From: a virus
Taxonomy: Duplodnaviria; Heunggongvirae; Uroviricota; Caudoviricetes
Virus record (IMG/VR): IMGVR_UViG_2579778982_000031
Length of the DNA stretch: 54,443 bases
Reading direction: 5' to 3' (one strand)
Shown here: in pieces, positions 47,714 to 54,443 of the stretch
Numbering within the stretch: position 1 is the first letter of the stretch
Layout: every line of letters begins with the position of its first letter
Position numbers and translations under genes: made by a program
Notes under the pieces: model-generated
What the model was told of the DNA's origin: nothing
Database searches by the model: none
What the model saw: only the letters and a program-made list of their open reading frames with translations

Positions 47714-50430
47714 TGGCACAACTGACAGAAAAACAGAAAGCCTATTCCCGTCATCTCGATGAAAAATATGGTTTCCCATCAGGGACGATGGAAACATTAG
47801 TTGGCAATGAATCTAGTGGTAACGGAAGTGCCGAGTCACCGAAAGGAGCTAGAGGATTTGCTCAACTGATGCCCTCAGTAATGAGTGATGCTGGTTATCG
47901 TGGAACAGATCCGCGCTCACTGCCATTTGAAAAGCAAATGGATATCGCAGCAAACCATCTCAATAAAGGAATGAAGCGATTTGGTGATATAGGTATGGCA
48001 TTGGCTGGGTATAATTCTGGCTATGCTCGTATTAATGCCGTAAGAAACGGTAAATCTACACTGCCAGATGAAACGGCTAATTACGTAAGTAAATTTGCAG
48101 ATGCCGGAATAATCCCTGATGACAGTGAAATCTTGCAGTTTGCACAAACCAGTCAACATCGCAATCTTCAGCAGCCTGACTACTCAGAGCTTGATAAAGA
48201 AATCTCTCAGGTGGGAGATATTTCTGCATGGGAAGCAAAACGTCAGCAATTTAAGAACATAGAAGCAGGACTACCAACAGCCAGTTCATGGGAGCAGAAA
48301 AGAGCTCATTTTCTCGCCGATGAAAATGCCGGGGAACCGCAGCAGCAAGTAGCCAAGTCTAACCTTAATCCTGAGATGGAATATCTTTCGCCAGGACTGA
48401 AAGCTGCGCCAGAGCAGATGGCCAGAGGGATTGCTAATATACCGTTTGATGTAATGGACGCAGGCGTGGGGGTAGTCAATGCGGCGCAATCAGCCGGAGC
48501 ATGGGCAGCTCAGAAGCTTGGTGTGGGTGATGGTACATACACGCCCATATCACCTGTCTTTCGCCCAGTAGACCAACCTACAGATCCATACGCGCAGGCT
48601 GGTGAGCAGCTAGCACCTTACCTTATTACAGGATTAGGTGCAGGAAAGGCAGCTACCGCAGCTTCTTCAGTTGCCAACGCTCCACGTGCTGAACGTGCGG
48701 CCACAAAGGTGGCTAGTATGTTGGCAGAAAACCTGCCAGGTACATTGGTGAACGCCCAAAAGAACGGGCAGATCAGCCCAGAAGACCTAGCAAAAGAGAC
48801 AGGTATTGGCCTAGCAGGATCGCTAGGAGCACGCGCTTTAATAAAGAGCGGACAGACAGCCAGTGACGTAATGCGAGATGTATTGCGGAGTAATACAAAT
48901 CAATCAAGCTATGTGTTAGGGGCAGCAAATACTCTGGAAACCGCCAATGATGTATCGAAAGCAGCGCGTTCTGCCGTAGGCCGAGAGCATATCGCATCGC
49001 AGGCATCAAACGTCAGAGATGATGTCGCTAAGGCGGCGAAAATCACTGGTATTAATATCAACACCCTGACGCCTGGAATGCGCTCAGGTAGTCGTGGAAT
49101 TGCCCAAGCAGAAGGTGTTCTGGCATCAACTCCTGGGAATGTTCAGGATGCTCACCTTACGGCCTTCAATGAAATATCCTCAAAGTTGAATAAGCAGTTG
49201 TCTGATTTCGGTGCTGAGTCTGGAAGCGCATCAGAAAAAAGCGCAGCAATTAAAGAGCGCATTATCGCGAGCCTCAGTGATATGAAAACAGCAGAGAATA
49301 TGGCATGGGCAGAACTGCGAAGCACGATGCCACGCGAAAGGATGAAAATGAGTAATGGGATGGCTGTCGTCCAAGCAGAAAAAGCAGCCAATGTTCCACT
49401 CAGCCCGGAGATGAAACAGTTTCAGGCTGCCAATAACCAAGGTGGCGGCATAACCTTCGACGGGATGAAGGCATGGCGTGCTAAGTTTGCTGATGCTGAA
49501 CAAGCAAACACCCGGGCAGGTAAGGCCAATGCCGCCCGGGTTGCCGGAGAAATGCGCAGAGCTATCACTGATGACATGCGCATCATGGCTGAAAAAGGAA
49601 ACTTCCTCACAGAATGGCAGAAAGCTAACGATCTCTCTAAAAGTTACATTATCGCCAAACAAAATGCCGAATCTGTTTTTGGTCGAGATCTCGCATCAGA
49701 CGCTATGGTAAGAAAAGGTGCCGATACGCTTAAGGCATCCGCAAACACTGGAACGGGAGCTTTTCACCGTCTTATCTCCGCGCTGCCGGAAGCAGAACGC
49801 CAACCAGCAATAGCATCTATTCTTCAGCATGCTGTGGCGCAGGGAGAGAAGGGAGGAATCGGTGAAGAGTCTGGTATCCAGTATTTTGCCAAGCTCATGA
49901 CCCAGCAGAATGTAAACGCCATCAGTCGTCATGCGCCAGATCTCGGTAGAATGATGAAAGAGTTCGGTGTACTCGCTAAAGCCAGCACCAGACCGCAGCG
50001 ATACGTAGAGCGCACGGGAAGAACAACTGAGGCTCTCAAAACGCTCGATTCAGGCCTTCCAAAGATCGTCGGCGTGATTATGAACGGAGTTCAACAGTCA
50101 GGTGCGATCGCTGGAGGCTTTGGCGGTGGTGTAATTGGTTCGATTAGTGGTTTGGTTGCTGGTGGCGCGCTGAGAAATACTGTGGCTAAGATTGGGGCGA
50201 CAAGAAGTGGTCGATATGCGATAGAGAAAGCCGTTCAGGAAGCTACAAAAGCAGTGCGCGCAGGGGCATCACCAGCAGCGATCGCCGCAGCAGAGAAACG
50301 ATTTTCGGCCAATAAAATTGCCATGAAAGCAATTCGTGATGCCGTTGGGGCTGAAGAATTCGTGAAACTGACAAGGGCCGGGATTGTAGCTACCCTCAGT
50401 GGCATGAAAGATGTTAGCGAATGGGAATAG
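47704..50430 (+). CDS. Large protein with N-terminal soluble lytic transglycosylase (SLT) domain
   Basis: SLT motifs ESSGNGSAESPKGARGFAQLMP and AGYNSGYARIN in the first ~130 aa; the remaining ~780 aa are Ala-rich helical with a Gly-rich hydrophobic patch near the C-terminus. Confidence 0.6.
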   Translation: MAMMAQLTEKQKAYSRHLDEKYGFPSGTMETLVGNESSGNGSAESPKGARGFAQLMPSVMSDAGYRGTDPRSLPFEKQMDIAANHLNKGMKRFGDIGMALAGYNSGYARINAVRNGKSTLPDETANYVSKFADAGIIPDDSEILQFAQTSQHRNLQQPDYSELDKEISQVGDISAWEAKRQQFKNIEAGLPTASSWEQKRAHFLADENAGEPQQQVAKSNLNPEMEYLSPGLKAAPEQMARGIANIPFDVMDAGVGVVNAAQSAGAWAAQKLGVGDGTYTPISPVFRPVDQPTDPYAQAGEQLAPYLITGLGAGKAATAASSVANAPRAERAATKVASMLAENLPGTLVNAQKNGQISPEDLAKETGIGLAGSLGARALIKSGQTASDVMRDVLRSNTNQSSYVLGAANTLETANDVSKAARSAVGREHIASQASNVRDDVAKAAKITGININTLTPGMRSGSRGIAQAEGVLASTPGNVQDAHLTAFNEISSKLNKQLSDFGAESGSASEKSAAIKERIIASLSDMKTAENMAWAELRSTMPRERMKMSNGMAVVQAEKAANVPLSPEMKQFQAANNQGGGITFDGMKAWRAKFADAEQANTRAGKANAARVAGEMRRAITDDMRIMAEKGNFLTEWQKANDLSKSYIIAKQNAESVFGRDLASDAMVRKGADTLKASANTGTGAFHRLISALPEAERQPAIASILQHAVAQGEKGGIGEESGIQYFAKLMTQQNVNAISRHAPDLGRMMKEFGVLAKASTRPQRYVERTGRTTEALKTLDSGLPKIVGVIMNGVQQSGAIAGGFGGGVIGSISGLVAGGALRNTVAKIGATRSGRYAIEKAVQEATKAVRAGASPAAIAAAEKRFSANKIAMKAIRDAVGAEEFVKLTRAGIVATLSGMKDVSEWE

Positions 50431-50580
50431 ACGCTCTAACTAACAAAACCATAATAGCCAAGGACGGCATACTGATATTGAGCCAACTATCAAAATTCCA
50501 TATCACATTACGAGCCTGTGGCTTACATTCGCTTACAGTGATGATAATTTATAACCACGCAATTCTTAGGTGAGATTATC

Positions 50581-51279
50581 ATGATTAAAAATCTTCTTTT
50601 AATATTATCCCTGTCATTATTGGCTGGATGCGTACAAAAACCGTTAGTAACGGTCAATGCTTTATCTTCCGGGCAATCTGTCGGTAAGAAGTTCTTGATC
50701 ATCCCCGCAAGCCAAGAACTTTGGAACACCAAACAGATTGAATACACTCAAATAGCTACGGTAGTAGCCGCCAGTTTATCAAGCCAAGGATATACACAAG
50801 TTAAAGATGAAAAATTGGCTGACCAGGTAATTCTCTTGAACTTTTTGAGAAGCGGGGCCATTTCAAATACTCGTAATGTAACCATCCCAATATACGGGCA
50901 AACTGGTGTGAGCTCAGCAACAACGTACGGAAACTCGAACACCACGTTCAATAGTTATGGTGGTGGCTACGGTACAGCTAATACCACTGGAACGGCAACA
51001 ACAGTTTATACGCCTACTTATGGAATTACTGGCGCGTATAACACAACTGTGACGGACACGTTCTACGGCGCAGGGGTGATACTCCAGTCGTTTGATGCCA
51101 AGGCCTATCTCAATAATAGGCAGATTAATATGTTATGGAAAGTTGGTAGCTCAGTCGTCTCGCAACAGTCTGATGGAATTGCTGATTACAAGGGGTTGGC
51201 GAGAATAGCCGCTAGCTATGCCGGGAAAAATACAGAAGGTGATATAACTTTTAATGTTGACCCTAAAGCACCAAATTAA
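50581..51279 (+). CDS. Lipoprotein, Thr/Gly/Tyr-rich
   Basis: Signal peptide with lipobox LLAGC; low GC; central Thr/Gly/Tyr-rich repeats. Confidence 0.6.
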   Translation: MIKNLLLILSLSLLAGCVQKPLVTVNALSSGQSVGKKFLIIPASQELWNTKQIEYTQIATVVAASLSSQGYTQVKDEKLADQVILLNFLRSGAISNTRNVTIPIYGQTGVSSATTYGNSNTTFNSYGGGYGTANTTGTATTVYTPTYGITGAYNTTVTDTFYGAGVILQSFDAKAYLNNRQINMLWKVGSSVVSQQSDGIADYKGLARIAASYAGKNTEGDITFNVDPKAPN

Positions 51280-52138
51280 CTAATAAGCCCGGTACGCCGG
51301 GCATTTTGCCCCCTATTATTCATGAATCGCTTTTTCTAGAAGGTATGCGACAAACGTTAAGTGACATTGCCTACACATTCGGGGCGGGATTTCAAATCCG
51401 CTCCCAGTTGATGGGGCCGTTACAGTACGCGCATATCCGCTTTATGTGAAACAGGAAGATTTTTCTGATATCACTGCCACAGCAAAACACCAATTTCGAG
51501 ACAAGTACGCGCGCGAGGGGTATCAGTTGCAAAAAATTTTGCAACTACGTCCGACCAATACACACACGATGGCGGGGGATACCATAAAACTGTTCTCTAC
51601 ATGAGACAGAGTGGTGGTGATGTGTTGATTATCGGCCTATATGCGCACAGGACGCGCTATGACAATGTTTTATGCGGGTACACCAATCACATGTATCTGG
51701 TGTGATAAATCGCGTTACATGACCTCTCATGTTGTGCTGGTGGTTATCACGACGTTCTGAATCTGGCTTTTGTCTGATATTTTGCGACAAGTACGCGCGC
51801 GTAACATCGAAATTATCGGATGGCGTATGTTGCTGGCAAGATAAAGTCGGCGTAATACAAAGGCGTTACTTGATAGCAGCAAGATTACAACAATGGTTGT
51901 TGAATTTGAGCGATGTAAGGAATTGATTTAGGGAGGCGCTGATGGCTAAAAAGTTCCACTACCAGCGGATGAATGCGCCAGCGATGGCCGTTTGGTAGTA
52001 AAAGAGGAGCCATTCCTCAATCAGTTGAATACATTATGCCAACTAAATGGGTGGGGGCACTGTGTGGGTATTCAGCGGTGACGGTATTTTTTAAGCCAAG
52101 GACTATCCGTAGCAGGGGGACTCATTTTGAAATATTTA

Positions 52139-52576
52139 TCATATGTAACTTATTATTTTAGATAAAGATTTCCAGTTAAAGAAAAAAGTTATCATTGATA
52201 TAATCAAATATGCCCCTGCGAGTAGCAGGGCATAATAATCCAGAGGCAGATTGCTGACAACAGGGGCAAACATCGAGATCATTGCTAATAGGCAGGCTGT
52301 GATCAGCGTAGTTCCTGTATCAAAAAGCCCCTCAATAATGCCTTTTAGTACTCCGTTACTTTTTAGAGCGCCTACAATTCCCTTTGAACTATCAAAGCTA
52401 CTTAGCATGGTGACTGATGCCAAAACAAAACCAAAGAGAACTCCAGAAATAGTTGAAAGAGCACCAGCAGCCGAAATGACAGCATTGTGATCTAGGTCGT
52501 GTAAAAAATGGGCACCAGCAATAGCCATAGCTAGAGCAAACAATGACTTGGCAGCAAACAATTTCCGAGAACTCAT
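52139..52576 (-). CDS. Small four-TM membrane protein (RexB-like architecture)
   Basis: 145 aa with four hydrophobic helices; 12 bp downstream of the 361-aa gene on the same strand. Confidence 0.5.
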   Translation of the reverse strand: MSSRKLFAAKSLFALAMAIAGAHFLHDLDHNAVISAAGALSTISGVLFGFVLASVTMLSSFDSSKGIVGALKSNGVLKGIIEGLFDTGTTLITACLLAMISMFAPVVSNLPLDYYALLLAGAYLIISMITFFFNWKSLSKIISYI

Positions 52577-52588
52577 AATGTATTCCTG

Positions 52589-53674
52589 TTACGTTTGACT
52601 AACCAAATAGTACTGGGTTAGATACCTAAGGTTGTCATTCTTTGCTTGTAGCATAGCATTTTTAACGTCAGTATCGGTCGGGTACCCATCTGCTTGGATA
52701 GGCACCATCTTCTTTACCGTAAGAACTTCGTCTACAAGACTTTTCTTCTTTTTATCGCCCTGAGCAACAACATTTGCTTTCTCAAAAGTTAAACGACCAT
52801 CACCACCAGGGAACTTTTCTAGCATCTCCTTAAGGCTTTTTTTAACGTCATCCTCAAGCCATCCCTTTGCTTTTCTTTTTAATGGAGCATGTCCGCGTAA
52901 CGAAATAGTCAGGTGGCTTGAACTGGTGCCTCTGATCATCTCAATCATCTGATTCGCGAACATTCCATCGAGTTGATACTGTGCGGCATTGAAGTTTCTT
53001 GGGATGGCCACAGAAATCTCGCAGCTTCTTAGATTGGATCCAGTTTCGAGTAGTTCTTTGATGCTTTCTTCTTTCCAAATGGCTTCAAAAGAAACAGGGA
53101 CTCCGCGATCACTGGAGTTGAAAAGAAGGAAGGCTAAGTCACTATGGCGTGGACCTAAATGATTTAAAGACAATACTAGAATGTCTGTCTGAGGATAATA
53201 AATAAAGTATGTACGTTCTGAAAGAGTCTTTGCCCCGGCTAGAGGGATTTTCTCTTCCACCCACTCTTTATCTGTAATATATGCCAGTGTTGCGCTTTTT
53301 CTTCTTCGAGACATGAATCCGAAGTAGGAGCCATCCTCGGGTGAGATGTCTAGAAAATGAATTTTAAGTTCTCTTTCACCAAAGTCTGCATAGTGGGTCA
53401 TCTTGAAGTCTTTAGAACACCGATCATAGAGATTTTTAAAGGCCTCTGCGGTTAACCCCTTGTTACTAGTGCGAATATTCTCAGAGCTTGTGTAAAAGCC
53501 CACCCTTACAGATTTCAAACTTTGATCTTTTGGTGCCACAGTCATTTGAGCTCCATTGTACTCTGCGATAGTTTTTGCACACCTTGAAATCAAAATCTCC
53601 ATGTCAGTCACGAGAAAATAACTATGGATGAAACCCATCAAAGGCATTGAATACAGGTGGCTTTTGAGAATCAT
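52589..53674 (-). CDS. Hypothetical cytoplasmic protein (RexA-like position)
   Basis: 361 aa, AT-rich codon usage, no TM segment, no motif recognised; first gene of a two-gene reverse-strand operon. Confidence 0.5.
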   Translation of the reverse strand: MILKSHLYSMPLMGFIHSYFLVTDMEILISRCAKTIAEYNGAQMTVAPKDQSLKSVRVGFYTSSENIRTSNKGLTAEAFKNLYDRCSKDFKMTHYADFGERELKIHFLDISPEDGSYFGFMSRRRKSATLAYITDKEWVEEKIPLAGAKTLSERTYFIYYPQTDILVLSLNHLGPRHSDLAFLLFNSSDRGVPVSFEAIWKEESIKELLETGSNLRSCEISVAIPRNFNAAQYQLDGMFANQMIEMIRGTSSSHLTISLRGHAPLKRKAKGWLEDDVKKSLKEMLEKFPGGDGRLTFEKANVVAQGDKKKKSLVDEVLTVKKMVPIQADGYPTDTDVKNAMLQAKNDNLRYLTQYYLVSQT

Positions 53675-54019
53675 CCTAACCTGGTGACGGTGGTTCGCAT
53701 ATCCTGATGGATGATCAGTGATTAATCAATGCGCCAAGCAGATGTGTCTATGTGTTTGTTAATCATTGCATGACAGTAGATCGACATGGGAGATCACGTT
53801 ATATAGTTGAATTGTTAGGATATCCATGCACCGATCAACTGACTAGGCTGATGTGCTTTTTAGCAGGTGCCATATAGTAGTTAGGCGGTTCTGTGAAATG
53901 ATTACTGTTCCAGCATAACTGCGGCATAAAGCGGTGCTATATAAGCTATTTGCTGGCGGATTTAGTCTTCACCGTTCATATATGTAGTGACTATTTGACA
54001 GAGTGTTAGTTCACGGACA

Positions 54020-54130
54020 CTTTTTGTTGGTTCAAAATGAGTTGATGTTGGTTCAATATTTTAGAAAAAACACAATAAAAACAACGCTCTTTACAAATTG
54101 AACCAACTGAACCAACTGAACCAACACCTT
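54020..54130. repeat. Inverted second copy of the iteron/ori module
   Basis: Reverse complement of the 44514-44640 module with one fewer repeat per arm; shared flanks GCAAAAAGGTGTTGG and CAATTTGTAAAGAG. Confidence 0.55.
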
Positions 54131-54161
54131 TTTGCTTATCTATATAATCTGAGAGGCAGAA

Positions 54162-54443
54162 ATGATAAGGGACAGGAAAGCTGAAGAGCTGGAGTCAAAA
54201 GGGCTATACCGGAGAGCTGCCGCACGATGGATGGAAGTCATGCTGTTATGCAGCGAGGACGATGATCGGGAATGGATAAAGCGCCGCCGTGAAACGTGTC
54301 TGGAGAACGTGAAGCGCCCGCCCGTGAAGGTTGAGGAATTTGGCGACCTGCATAAAGCTGTTACCGAAACGCAACACCGCATGGGGATAGCGCAACCGAA
54401 CGGTAACGCCTTCCGGTTAAATGGCGGCAAGAGGCAAAGGTAG
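54162..54443 (+). CDS. PerC/ANR-family regulator-like protein
   Basis: AEELESKGLYRRAAARWMEVM motif, paralogous to the gene at 1132-1620; ends in TAG at the window edge. Confidence 0.55.
   Translation: MIRDRKAEELESKGLYRRAAARWMEVMLLCSEDDDREWIKRRRETCLENVKRPPVKVEEFGDLHKAVTETQHRMGIAQPNGNAFRLNGGKRQR

Noticed and set aside
51729-52161. Two ORFs of 60-65 aa in the non-coding stretch
   Set aside because: Cys/Trp-rich odd composition, no RBS, and they overlap the repeat boxes.
52139-53674. Assignment of the two-gene module to Kiwa
   Set aside because: Kiwa has the TM gene first and a DUF4868 partner; here the soluble protein comes first and no such domain is recognisable, so only the looser RexAB-like analogy is kept.
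54140-54430. 96-aa reverse-strand ORF
   Set aside because: Antisense to the PerC-like gene, which carries the recognisable family motif.

Overview
The window holds two adjacent integrative elements. (1) 1–~30.7 kb is the replication-to-tail part of a mosaic lambdoid prophage, all on the + strand: O-like replication gene with internal iterons, PerC-like regulator, Dam-like methylase, RusA, KilA-N and DUF968 proteins, antiterminator Q, a second DNA methylase, a lysis cassette (holin, lambda R-like endolysin, overlapped Rz/Rz1), an HK97-type head module (HNH, terS, terL, portal, protease, capsid), a Mu-like contractile tail and baseplate, and an e14-like invertible tail-fibre segment with a Pin invertase. 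Reverse-strand AT-rich morons interrupt it after Q and after Rz1. (2) ~30.7–35.3 kb is a likely defence islet where e14 carries mcrA: a small PD-(D/E)xK-like protein, an integrase C-terminal remnant and a 917-aa PHP–ATPase fusion (Ppl-like), ending at a 3' fragment of tRNA-Thr. (3) 35.4–54.4 kb is a P4/PICI-like element: integrase, AlpA, antirepressor-like gene, primase-helicase, an iteron origin, then cargo including an SLT-domain gene cassette, a lipoprotein and a RexAB-like pair, closed by an inverted copy of the iteron module. All calls rest on motif recognition and gene order; no searches were run.
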